Translations under genes and position numbers: made by a program
Shown here: positions 22,281 to 32,957 of the stretch, piece after piece
How positions within the stretch are numbered: the first letter of the stretch is position 1
How the letters are laid out: every line of letters begins with the position of its first letter
The notes under the pieces: model-generated
The model's database searches: none
Told to the model about the DNA's origin: nothing
The model's input: the letters and a program-made list of their open reading frames with translations, nothing else
Assembly: GCF_001194135.2 (NCBI RefSeq)
Contig: NC_068990.1
Span: 52,705,199 to 52,743,722 of the forward strand
Direction: 5' to 3'
DNA: 38,524 nucleotides
Source: Octopus bimaculoides
Taxonomy: Eukaryota

Positions 22281-23791
22281 CCATAATTTACCATCAACTT
22301 CAAAGGCAGTGAATTGATGGTCTTTCTCTGATAGAAGAATCTGATGGTATGCTGAATGTAAGTCTATAGTACTGTAGGCTTTATACTTGGCGATAGTGTT
22401 CACTAACTCATCAATTTTAGGAAGGGGGTAGGTATCAAGCTGTGTATATTTGTTAATCGTCTCTGAGTAGTCAATCACCATTTTTTGCCTTTTTTTTTCT
22501 TGAACAACTAACACTTGCAATCTCCAAGGAGAGTTACTAGGTTCAATAATGTTTGCATCTGCTAAGCGGCGTACTTCTGTCCTGATGAACTCTTGATCAC
22601 GTTCTGAGTATTTTTGTGATTTGGCTGCAATAGGTTTACAGTCCTCTCTGAGATGAGCGAATAGCTTTGGAGGATCAGTTTTCATAGCTGTTAGTGCAGT
22701 AAATGTTAATGGTGGTCTCTGTCCCCCATATTGTATGGTAATACTTTCATGCTGTTCTTGGAAGTCAATACCCAGAATTAGGTCAGTGCACAAGTTTCTG
22801 AGCACGTACAGTTTCACATGGTAGTATTTCTGATTATTCAGGGTTAGTGAAACAGTGCAGTATCCCTTGGATTCCCCAGAAAGAGATGCAGAAGCCATAC
22901 CAATGACGTTCTTCAATTTGACCGTCTTGATGTTGAGTGTGTTCACTAGCTACTCACTGATGAAGCTCTTGTTAGTGCTACCGCTACCAATTAATGCTTC
23001 GACTTTATAGCTATCGTTCAGTATAACCATGGAGGTTACTCAGAAGGGTGAACCTGCTGATGCTGATACTGCCAATGGCAAATCATATTTTCTATCATTC
23101 TGTGTTACAGTTGCTGCGTTGCTCCTACATAGTTTTCCAAAATGCCCTATTTTTTGGCATTTGTGACAGACTGCTTTCTGCGCAGGGCAGTGAGTCTGCA
23201 GATGTCTGGAATAGCCATAAAACCAGCATTGAGAGGGGTCTCCTTTTCGGGTCGTGACAGAGTGTTTTCCTTCCTGCATTGAGGAATCTATTAGCTTAGC
23301 TACAATGGACTGAAGTTGGCACCCTCAGAGTTTAGAAAGATACTGGAACTCTGTTGCACCACATCAAGTGAATGTGCTTGATCATAAGCTGTACTGAAGT
23401 CGACATTTTTGTTTTCTAATAGTCTTTGTCATATTTGATTCGAAGTGAGCCCATTTATAAATGCATCACGAATCATTTCAGACCGGTACTTCTCAGCACT
23501 CACTGCAACAAAGTCACAGTCTTTCGCTAATATTTTGAGTTTGTTTAAGAACTGGTCTAGAAATTCACCTGGTTTCTGTTTTCTTATGGTTAAAAGATGG
23601 CATGCCATTACAATGTTCTTTGGTTTAATGTACACACTCTTTAGTGTATTCACAGCTTGTTCGTAGTTCTTAGCTTCACTGATGAATTTGTATATGTTTG
23701 GTTCCACATAATCAATCAAAAGATTGAGTTTATCGATAAGCCTACCTTCCTGCCTTGGTAGTGAGTCTATAAAGTTCTAGGAGGGAGTGAA
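22281..23791 (-). mobile_element. Ty3/Gypsy fragment: gag, zinc knuckle, protease and RT N-terminus
   Basis: gag (KPKNIVMACHLLTIRKQKPGE.LDQFL..LK.LAKDCDF...IRDAFINGL); CCHC knuckle CHKCQKIGHFGKLC; protease-like ALIGSGS.NKSFISE; RT SPWR.QVLVV...MVIDYSETIN...YPLPKIDELV...STIDLHSAYHQI. Confidence 0.92.
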
Positions 23792-24047
23792 TGTTATACA
23801 AATAATGTTGATATAAAGAGCATGTGCATTTGACAGGAAGAGGAAGAGAGAGAACAGCCATTCAGAATAACGTACAGGACTATGACTAAAAATTAGTTTC
23901 TTTGATTGTAATGTATAACCAGTAAATCCTGGTTCAAAGAAACTAATTTTTAGTCATAGTCCTGTACGTTATTCTGAATGGTCGTTCTCTCTCTTCCTCT
24001 TCCTGTCAAATGCGCATGCTCTTTATATCAACATTATTTGCATAACA
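23792..24047. repeat. 256-bp fold-back palindrome; probably a short Gypsy 5' LTR (24047 to 23907) plus an inverted partial copy
   Basis: Arms 23792-23905 and 23934-24047 (114 bp, 4 mismatches), with a 28-nt spacer. Minus strand reads TGTTATG...CATTACA. Confidence 0.9.
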
Positions 24048-26975
24048 ACTAGGGTGTCATATATTTGGTTTTGCACATAGTATTGTTCTCACGAATGTTT
24101 ATGAAAACAAGAAAATTATGAGTTTGTTTAAAATTTGAGATTACATAGACAGTATTTTATGTAGGATATGGGCAGTTCCCATCAGCACTATCTTTTGAAT
24201 TTCTGCCATTTTGGGGTTTCCTGGTATCTGAGCTAGGTAGAAATCAGCCCCTTTTGCTATCATTCCTAGAGCACCAATGACAACAGGTATTGTTTTAGTC
24301 TTGAGGTTCCACATTTTGCCAATTTCTGTTTCAAGATCTTTATACTTGCTCAGTTTTTGGTAGGTCTTAGCAGATACATTTTTGTCGATCGGGACAGTCA
24401 TATTAATGAGGAAGCATGATTTTTGTCTGAAGTCTTTCAATATAATGTCTGGCTTATTTGCATTTATCTTTCTGTCAGTTTGAATAGTGAAGTTCCAGAG
24501 GAGTAAGATGTGATTATTTTCAAGCACTAGAAGTGGTTCGTGTTCCCACCAGTTTTTATCATGGGGCAGGTCCAGGTTTTTGCAAATTACCCAGTGAATA
24601 TATTGTGCTGCTCTAACATGCCTGTTGAGATACTCTGTAGGCACAAGAAGACTGCATGTGGAGACAATATGATCAATGGTTTCATTTTGTTGTTGATATA
24701 CATGACATGTTGGGCTACTGTTGTTCTTAAATATGTTGGCCTGGTTGTTTCTTGTAGGTAGGCATTGATCTTGGGTTGCTAAACCCTTCTGTTTCTGATT
24801 TTAAGCCAGAAGACACTAACCATTGATGGGTAAGGGTTTTGTCAACATCGACGCTATTAGCTCTCTTTGGGTTTTTGCCATTGAGTGGCTTTTCTTGCCA
24901 TTTATCAGTAAGAATATCTAAGGCAGCAGTTTTAGCATGGGTTTTCATATGCTTAGCTTTTTCTGTGCTTGTTTCTTGTAAGTCTAATTCTGGAATTTGT
25001 TGTACTTGGAATTCACTTAGATATGCCTTTGCTTGTTTTGTTACTGAGTATGATACTTTCTTGTTTTCATGCTTTGAGACAAGTTTTAACATCCAGTCAT
25101 CAGAGTTTTTCAGGTAGGTGTTTAGGCCAATTGTGGCAATCTTCATTGTTAATTCCAGTTGTTAAAGTCCACAGCCACCCTCCTTTCATGGCAGATAAAG
25201 TCGTTCAATATCTGCCTAAGAGTGGTGCATTCTATGCATTGTTAACAATTTTCGTATTTTCTGTCAAGATTACACATTTCTGTAATTGACCAGTTAATGG
25301 TGTTGAAACTATAAGTCACAACTGGTATGGCTAAAGTATTGATCACTTTGATCCTGTTTCTTACATTCAGCTCTGTCTTGAGTATTGCCCTTACCCTGTG
25401 ATAACATTCTCTTCTGACCCTTTCCCTCATTCCGTCCCCTTCAAATACCCCTAGGTATTTGTAGCTCTCCGCAGGTTCTAACTCCTTTATGACATTCTGT
25501 TGGTTAAGATTAACATTGGATGTTTCTGTCATTTTTTCCTTTGATACAGGTAGCTTTTGCACAGTTATTGAGGCCAAATTGCATCCTGAATTGTTTAACA
25601 ATTGTAGTGACGTCACATTGGCGCCAAAAGGCCGACGCCATTGCTGAATCCTTAACCACTCATGCGTGGGTTTCAACATCGAAGCGTTCCCGTTATTAGA
25701 CTGTCTCTTACCAAGCCAGACAGCGACCAAGCAAGACGTCTAAGCAAACTCTCCCATTTGAGTGTGGTTGAACCAAGTTGTCTCTATAACGACACCAGCT
25801 TGAAGAACCGTACGTCTACATTTCAGGCTACTCTAAAACCGGACAATTAGAAGCTGTTTTATTTTCCACCAAACAATAAATATTTGTTGTTGTTGATCAG
25901 TTTAGAGTTTCTGCGTTCAGTTCTCTTCCAATTTAATGTAGGAAAGTTAGGTGTATATCTAAAGATATATAACCCACTCTCCTAAACAATCGCTAGTAAG
26001 CCCTGTAGTTGTTGGTCATTTTTTGCAAAGAGCTTTAAATCATCCATGTAAATGAGATGATTTATATTGTTATCAAACATTTTATAGCTGCCCTGTACGT
26101 CATTGAGCAATTTCGAGAGAGGTATTAAGGCTAGACAAAAGAGGAGTGATGAGAGAGAGTCACCCTGGAAAATGCCACATGAAATTCTTACATTTCCAGC
26201 ATTAAGAGATTCATTGTCAATGTTGAAAGTCAGTGTGGTTCTCCATGATCTCATACTTACAGACAAGAAGTTTTGCAGAGATATTTTATACATTTCCAGA
26301 CATTTCTTAATCCAACTATGTGGTAAACTACCAAAAGCTTTTTTATAGTCTATCCAGGCTATCGGCAAGTTTTTGTATCATTTGTGACAATCTTCCAAGA
26401 TCACCTTATTGATGAGTAGCTGATCTTTACAATCATAGGACCCACGTTTACATCCTTTTTGTTCATTAGGGAATATGCCACTTTCTATTAAAAAACCATA
26501 GGTATATTCAGTCAAGACAGATGTTAGCATTTTATACATTGTTGTAAAGCAGGTTATGCGTCTATAATTTTTGGGTTCGTTTGTTTCTTCATTTTTTGGA
26601 AGTAGGAATGTTACACCATTAAAAAACCAAGAGGGAATCATACTAAGTTGTTGCAAAACATTGTCGTAAAGTTTTGTTAGCAGTTCATGGCTCTCTGGGA
26701 AGGCATTCAACCAGAAGTTAGGAATTTTATCCTTTCCTGGAGACTTCCATTTACTTGACTTCCTGAGAGCAGATCTTACATCCTCTACCTTGATACCCTT
26801 CCACTTTTGCTCTTCTAAGGAGTCTAAGTCTGTAGATATTCTATCAGTCCAAGGGGCCTTTTCATTGTGTTTTTTCTTCTGCCCAAACTTTATTCCAAAA
26901 TTCCTGCTCTTCTTCTTTTGATAGGACAGACTTTACTGTAACTGGTATTTTCCCTATCTTCCTGTAAAAATATTT
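24048..26975 (-). mobile_element. R4/Dong-type LINE remnant (RT to RLE), interrupted by a solo LTR
   Basis: NYRRITCF, EQKGCKRGSY.CKDQLLIN, WIDYKKAF.SLPHSW, GIFQGDSLS.LLFC, YMDDLKLF. Open 167-aa RLE ORF at 24141-24644 (HVRAAQYIHW...NKPDIILKD...IPVVIGALG...TAHILHKILSM). Confidence 0.93.
25603..25986 (+). mobile_element. Solo LTR inserted in the R4 RT (TGTAG...CTAAA, 4-bp TSD CAAT)
   Basis: Interrupts LLAIV|KQF.MQFG. CAAT at 25599-25602 and 25987-25990 (a 6-bp AACAAT reading is also possible). AATAAA at ~25874. Orientation inferred from AATAAA only. Confidence 0.75.
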
Positions 26976-26979
26976 TGGG

Positions 26980-27545
26980 TTACTATTATCAACATTTGTT
27001 GTCTTGTTAAATTATGCAACACAAATCCCAAAAGAATATTTTTCTCCCACGTGTTCTGACCACTAACCTGTCTCTCTCTCTGTACCTTACTCTGTTTCTC
27101 TGTCTCTGTCTGTCTGTCTCTCTCTCTCTTTCAATTACTACTCACTTCACCAGGACTTCCTCCACCAGCACCATCAACAACACCCTATATAAACTAATGC
27201 ACGCTCTCAGATTCCCCTACTTGATTTTAATACCTCTGCCGAAGAAATACAAATCTCAGAAGATGCTCAGATAAGAAGTTTGTCTTTTCAACCTCGTTCA
27301 TCTATTCTTCACTATTCTGTCTATTTCGTTACCATGTTATTACATTCATTCATTCATTTATTAAAGTTTATCACACAGTCACTTATTTCTCTAATTCTGT
27401 CTTAGATTAGCTGACCGAAAACTCTCAGATTTTTCAATTCTATTTTACTATTATCAACATTTGCTGTCTCATTAAATTATGCTACCCAAATCTCAAAAGA
27501 ATATTTTTTGCCCTTGTATTCTGACCACCAACCCCTCTCTCTCAC
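26980..27545. repeat. Pair of ~100-bp diverged direct repeats (26980-27080, 27445-27545)
   Basis: TTACTATTATCAACATTTG.TGTCT..TTAAATTATGC.AC.CAAATC.CAAAAGAATATTTTT...TTCTGACCAC.AAC...(CT)n occurs twice. Confidence 0.8.
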
Positions 27546-27559
27546 TGCCCTACTCTGTT

Positions 27560-28351
27560 CACGGTACACATGCCCTCCCACCCCCTCCACCTGTACTGGA
27601 AGTTCCTATCCTCTCCCATCCGTGGTTGTCTTCCATGAACACTTCTAAAGGCTTTACGCCATCCCCACCCCTACTTAGGGTTTATCTCCTATGAAAGGTA
27701 GTAATCATATAGTGCAAAATATGATAGTGTAGTGTATGCAGATTGAATTGAAGGCTATTATTTGTTTATGAATTCTGCCAAATGTGAGCTTTCTTTTCAG
27801 GTACATGATGCTGCTGTCCCCTGTCCCAGGGTCTCATGGGCCCATACCTCCCACACATTCAGGGTTGGCACTCTCAATGTTGGCACACTGAAAGCTAGGT
27901 CTGGTGAGATTGTTGAGATGCTTGAATGGAGATGTGTCGATATATGCTGCCTCCAAGAAGTAAGGTGGAGAGAAGGTTCCGCTAGGTTCCTCACAGGCAA
28001 AGAACACAGGTACAAGATCTTCTGGGCAGGGACCACAGATGGGATCGGGGGCGTGAGTATACTTCTTGCAGAGAAATGGGTGGACAGGAGCAATTAACAC
28101 TGAAAATGTGCAGAGAACAACTTCTGCCACATTCCAGGGAGAAAAACTATAAGTAGTTGATAGCTTCCGTTACCTAGGTGACCAAGTCATTAGCCGGGGA
28201 GGGTGCACTGAAAGTGTAGCTGCTAGAATAAGAATAGCCTGGGCAAAGTTCAGAGAGCTCTTACCTCTGCTGGTAACAAAGTGCCTCTCACTCAGAGTAA
28301 AAGGGCAGACTATATGACGCATGTGTACGAACAGCCATGCTACATGGCAGT
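27560..28351 (+). mobile_element. RTE LINE remnant (same family as 11165-13760): endonuclease N-terminus fused to post-RT region
   Basis: RVGTLNVGTL...VDICCLQEVRW (APE N-terminus). 28095-28260 matches the reverse complement of ~11590-11750. Confidence 0.85.
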
Positions 28352-28365
28352 AAATTATGAACTTA

Positions 28366-28468
28366 TTAACGAAAATAATCACATAAATTTCTCTTAAATC
28401 TGTACACTTCGTTAAATTTGCCTACAACTTACAGATTTAAGAGAAATTTATGTGATTATTTTCGTTAA
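28366..28468. repeat. Perfect 39-bp inverted repeat with a 25-nt spacer (MITE-like or hairpin)
   Basis: TTAACGAAAATAATCACATAAATTTCTCTTAAATCTGTA at 28366-28404; exact reverse complement at 28430-28468. Confidence 0.92.
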
Positions 28469-28609
28469 AAGGCTGCTTCCTTCAAGTCTTCTACAGGTTC
28501 CTTTATCCCATTCCACTAACGTTATTAGATTAGATTTGATTTTGAATGGAGAGTCTGGTGTAGCACACTCATGTTGTTATTCATTGGGGAATATTATTAT
28601 TATTATTAG

Positions 28610-28775
28610 TATTTTGTCTATTATGAAAGACTCTTGGCTAGTTCTTAATTTACTGGTTATTCTTTACTTGAAATCAGGCAATAACAAATCCCCAGAGGTT
28701 TCAAGTAGTGCCTTCTCCTGTGACTCAAAGAGACAATACTCTCCTTAGAATGCGAGCTGTACCCAACAACGCTGT
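28610..28775 (-). mobile_element. Very short R4/Dong-type 3' end
   Basis: Minus strand reads TALLGTARILRRVLSL*. (ATT)n at 28592-28608 and (CTT)n at 28788-28812 flank it. Confidence 0.7.
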
Positions 28776-28811
28776 CGTTGTCATCGTCTTCTTCTTCTTC
28801 TTCTTCTTCTT

Positions 28812-29268
28812 CAATATTTGGTATAGTTTCAGGCAAATTTATGCTCTAGCACCTGCATCACCTCTGTGTTCCTGGGGTGTGTGCAACATTGTGTGTTCTT
28901 TTTTGTTATTGGAGGAGTACAAACTCTTCCCAGTACTGTATTGTGTCAGTTTATTTTGTTATGGGGTCTGGCTGCAGTCTTTTCTTGTATTAGTGTTTGT
29001 ATTGTATGTGTGATGCAAGTTATGTTCTTCTGTTGGGTATCTAGCCTGTTGGTGGTTGTTTATTTAATTGGATATTTGCTATATTGAGTGTGTCTTGTGT
29101 TTGTGGATTGCTTGTTTGGGCTGTATTATTGAATTCGTAATGTCTTGTATAGGATGTGGATTGTTCCTAGCAGGGCTATTTTTTGGATAGTGTGTAGTGT
29201 TGAGGATCCAAGAATAGCTTCTGCATTTTTGCTCATGTTTTCTATCATGCCCAATGTTCCAGTTATTC
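28812..29268 (-). mobile_element. Short R4/Dong-type 3' end with long 3' UTR
   Basis: TGTLGMI...TIQKIALLGTIHILYKTLRIQ*. The UTR resembles 13830-13900. Confidence 0.75.
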
Positions 29269-29269
29269 T

Positions 29270-30315
29270 TCTTGCCTTTAACCCTCCAACTCGGAGTATA
29301 GGCCACTTATAATTGAATTCCATGTCGCATAATTTTTCGCTTCTGTACTTATACTCTGCCATGAATGTCCCCCTTTCTCTAGTTCCAATTGTGTTGATCT
29401 ACGCCACAAGTTCTTAGGCCTACCCCTCTTTCTATATCCATCCGGATTCCACTGTAAAGCACTTTTCGCTACATTTGGTGTGCCTTTTCTAATTGTGCTA
29501 CCAATCCACTTCCACTTTTTCTTAAATATTTGTTCCCTAATCGAAACTTGATTCGTTCTTTGCCATAGTTCCATATTGCTTATGTGTTCGGGCCATCTGA
29601 TTTTAAGTATACTACGCAAGCACCTGTTGAATGATTGTATTTGCTTATTTGACTTAACTGTTGTTCTCCATGTCTCAGCCCCATACAATAACACCGCTTT
29701 TACGTTAGTGTTAAAAATTCTTATTTTGTTCTTTATTGAAACTACACTTGCGTTCCATACTTTTTTTAACAGGTGGAAAGCGGTCCTTGCCTTACTTATT
29801 CCTGTCTTAATATCTTCGTCAGTGCTGCCTGAGGATGTTATCTTACTACCTAAATACGTAAACTCGGCTACATCCTCTAGTTCACCGGTTTCTAGTTTAA
29901 TACGTTAACTGTTTTCTTCATTAACGCACATAATTTTTGATTTGTTGTGGTTGATTTTCAATCCTAGTTTGGCAGCTATTGCTTCTAATTTTTACGTTTT
30001 ATTTTACATTTGGCTATATGTTTGTGAAAGTAGTGTTATATCATCTGCAAAGTCGAGATCTTCTAGAGCTTCTTCATCCATCCATTTAATGCCTGTTTGG
30101 CTTTCAATCGTAGTTTCCTTCATAATCCAATCTATAACTAGTAGAAATAAAAAGGGAGAAAGTATACAGCCTTGTCGAACTCTTGTTTTCACTTCGAATT
30201 TATCCGTAGCTCCGTTTCCATGCAAGACTCGGCATGACATTCCTTGGTAAGTTGCTCTTATTATAGATATATACTTGTCTGGTATGCCGTAGTGCTGCAT
30301 AATTCTCCATACATG
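29270..30315 (-). mobile_element. RTE-clade LINE 3' half (second RTE lineage)
   Basis: HYGIPDKYISII...VRQGCILSPFLFLLVIDWIM...LEDLDFADDITLL; LLYGAETW...W.WIG.TIRK...ALQWNP.G.RKRGRPKN.WRR. Confidence 0.92.
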
Positions 30316-30589
30316 GAGTGAATTTGAAGTTTGAAAGCAGCTTAGCTTATTGTAAGCTACTATAACACAAGTTGAACTATAAAATACTCAAACATGTTGG
30401 GTATATAAACCCCTCTTTATCCCCTATTCTCTTTTTTCTTTCCCTATTAGGGTAGCCATGTCTCCCTATCTTCCTCTTTAACTCTCTCTCTCTTCCTTTC
30501 AAGCCTTTCTTCCCAATTGGGTTACCACATAGCTCCTTAACAACAAGACACTTATATCTCTTCTTATATTGTACTTTAACCTTTCCCCA

Positions 30590-30870
30590 CTCAAGGTGTC
30601 TTGCTCTTGAAAGTTACTTAGAGATCCCGCTGGTGCTGTTGCTACATAAAAATGGTTGGTGTTACAAGGGGCACTCAGCCGAAGAAACTGTGCTGCTGCC
30701 ACATTAAAAACACACTACATTCTGTGAAGTGACTGGCATTAGGAAGGGCATTCAGCCGTAGAGACCATGCCAAGCAGACACTGGAGCCTGCTATAGTTTT
30801 GTCTTGCCAGCTCCTGTCACATTGTCCAATCTATGCCAGCATGGGAAACAGATATTAAATGATGATGATT
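30590..30870 (+). mobile_element. Repeat ending in a (GAT)n tail (SINE or RTE 3' tail family)
   Basis: GGCATTAGGAAGGGCATTCAGCCGTAGA...ATGCCAGCATGGGAAACAGATATTAAATGATGATGA. Reverse-complement relative at 32440-32580. Confidence 0.65.
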
Positions 30871-31234
30871 ATGACTTCAGTTGGGAATGGACAGATTACA
30901 CAATCAATAATGAGATCATATTTATGCATTAACTTTCTTAACACAACCACCTCCATCAAAAAACAAAAAGATTCAGCAGATATATAATAATCAGTAACGA
31001 TATACAGCAATAGATTCAAAAGCAAATATTCATCCAAGGTACATATATTTCATTTACTTGAAGTTCATTAACTTTTTCAAAATGTCAGTTTTAACAGTTT
31101 CTTTCAAAATTAGTATTACTTCAATTGCATTCATTAATACTTTCAGATAGTGAATAAATATTTGTCCAGTAACAAAAAGAACAAATAATACAGATCACAC
31201 TCATGATGAAGATACCACACCTTCAGAACATAAT

Positions 31235-31498
31235 TTGTACCTGTTTTATGCTAAAACTGACCAGATCCAATCTTTCACATCTACCCTTTCACATCATTTT
31301 AAAAATATACAAACACACCATTGAAATCTTAGAGCTACCAGATAATGTGTGAATTATTTAAAACAATGTGNNNNNNNNNNAAATATACAAACACACCATT
31401 GAAATCTTAGAGCTACCAGATAATGTGTGAATTATTTAAAACAATGTGAATAAATAAGCAATATGTTTGACAATGAAATCTGATAGCTAAAGTGTTAA
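31235..31498. mobile_element. TTAA-ended MITE remnant spanning a 10-N gap
   Basis: Right end GCTAAAGTG-TTAA (31498), similar in style to the 34261-34445 termini. Left end is degenerate. Family recognition is from memory. Confidence 0.45.
31371..31380. other. Assembly gap (10 N) with duplicated contig overlap
   Basis: 68 bp at 31303-31370 is repeated exactly at 31381-31448. Confidence 0.95.
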
Positions 31499-31646
31499 AA
31501 GAAATGATACAACAAAGTAATTTGTATATCAAACAAGAGAAAAAAAGGTAAGGGAGATAACTCTGTAATACTTACAGAAGAGTTGTTCGTAATTTCATAG
31601 AAAGCAGGAAATTTATGCAAATATATGTAACACACGTACGCGCACA

Positions 31647-31708
31647 CATGTATGTATGTATGTACGTATGTATGTACGTACGTATGTACGTATGTATGTA
31701 TGTATGTA
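31647..31708. repeat. (TATG/TACG)n microsatellite
   Basis: Direct reading. Confidence 0.9.
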
Positions 31709-32439
31709 TAAAGATAGTATGTAGCAATTAAAATGAGAGGAAGGAAAACATATATTGATTGAAATGATCCTTTATTTTCAGTGTTGATACAACTCGAAGA
31801 AATGTTGCTCTCTGTATCATATGCTTGTTAATATATTAGGTTTGATAATATAGTAATTGTTTTTTCTTTAACTGTTTTGTAAAATAACTATTTACCATTT
31901 TCTTGCTACCTATACTTCATCTACAGAACCAAGTACTGCTAATATATTAGAAGTGTGGTTGACTTATCCATGCGATTTTGATATCTGAATATTATCTAAA
32001 CCTCAGATTTGCCTTTATTATTTTCATTGTATTTATAGTCTAAGTTGTATGATTCATCTCCAACGGTGACAAATAAGTGTGTAGATATTTCCCACCCAAC
32101 TACTTTTAATAAACAATATTGTCATATATTTTACAATACTTTCTTCGGTCACCAAAAATAAATTCAATTTTTCATGGTACATTGACATTTTATTATTATC
32201 ATTGACCCAATAAAGTGCCCATGTTATTGAGCATTTCATTTTTAGGTTAAGGTTGAGGCTATTAACACAGCCAACAAATGGAGCAGTAAAAACGCAAACA
32301 TGTAGAATAAGTTTAGTCTATGACTAATGTTTTTATCTTGCTGACGAGCGTGGGAGACAACTTTGGATATGTTTCTTGCCTTTTCCGGCTTCTTTAAATA
32401 CATATATATATATATATATATATCTATATATATATATAT

Positions 32440-32580
32440 ATCATCATCATCATCATCGTTTAACGTCTGCTTTCCATGCTAGCATGGGTTGGACGATTTG
32501 ACTGAGGACTAGTGAAACCAGATGGCTACACCAGGCTCCAATCTGATTTGGCAGAGTTTCTACAGCTGGATGCCCTTCCT
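32440..32580 (-). mobile_element. Truncated (GAT)n-tailed repeat between (TA)n tracts
   Basis: TCATCATCATCGTTTAACGTCTGCTTTCCATGCTAGCATGGGTTGGACG...GGATGCCCTTCCT. Confidence 0.75.
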
Positions 32581-32592
32581 ATATATATATAT

Positions 32593-32760
32593 AAATTTAA
32601 ATAAGAGCTTTGACGCTAAATCCATATATATTAAAGTTTATTACCTATGTATGCATTTCTGTATAAGTTCATTAGTACCACTTGAATGAAGAAACAATGT
32701 ATACATAGGTAATAAACTTTAATATATATGGATTTAGCGTCAAAGCTCTTATTTAAATTT
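32593..32760. repeat. Perfect 60-bp inverted repeat with a 48-nt spacer
   Basis: 32593-32652 is the exact reverse complement of 32701-32760. Confidence 0.92.
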
Positions 32761-32853
32761 TTTGATATATAACCGAGGAGATCGATTCATAAGGAGTTTA
32801 CTATAGACTTTTGTGGACGAATTTTTGATATTTTGGTAACAATTACATGTTTT

Positions 32854-32957
32854 NNNNNNNNNNNNNNNNNNNNNNNNNNNNNNNNNNNNNNNNNNNNNNN
32901 NNNNNNNNNNNNNNNNNNNNNNNNNNNNNNNNNNNNNNNNNNNNNNNNNNNNNNNNN
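32854..32957. other. Assembly gap (104 N)
   Basis: Run of N. Confidence 1.

Noticed and set aside
30855-31037. 60-aa minus-strand ORF and a donor-like AAG|GTACAT site on plus
   Set aside because: All plus-strand frames have stops upstream; the minus ORF is short, hydrophobic and AT-biased, consistent with chance.
31303-31448. Exact 68-bp direct repeat around 10 N
   Set aside because: Typical unmerged contig overlap, so an assembly artefact rather than a biological repeat.
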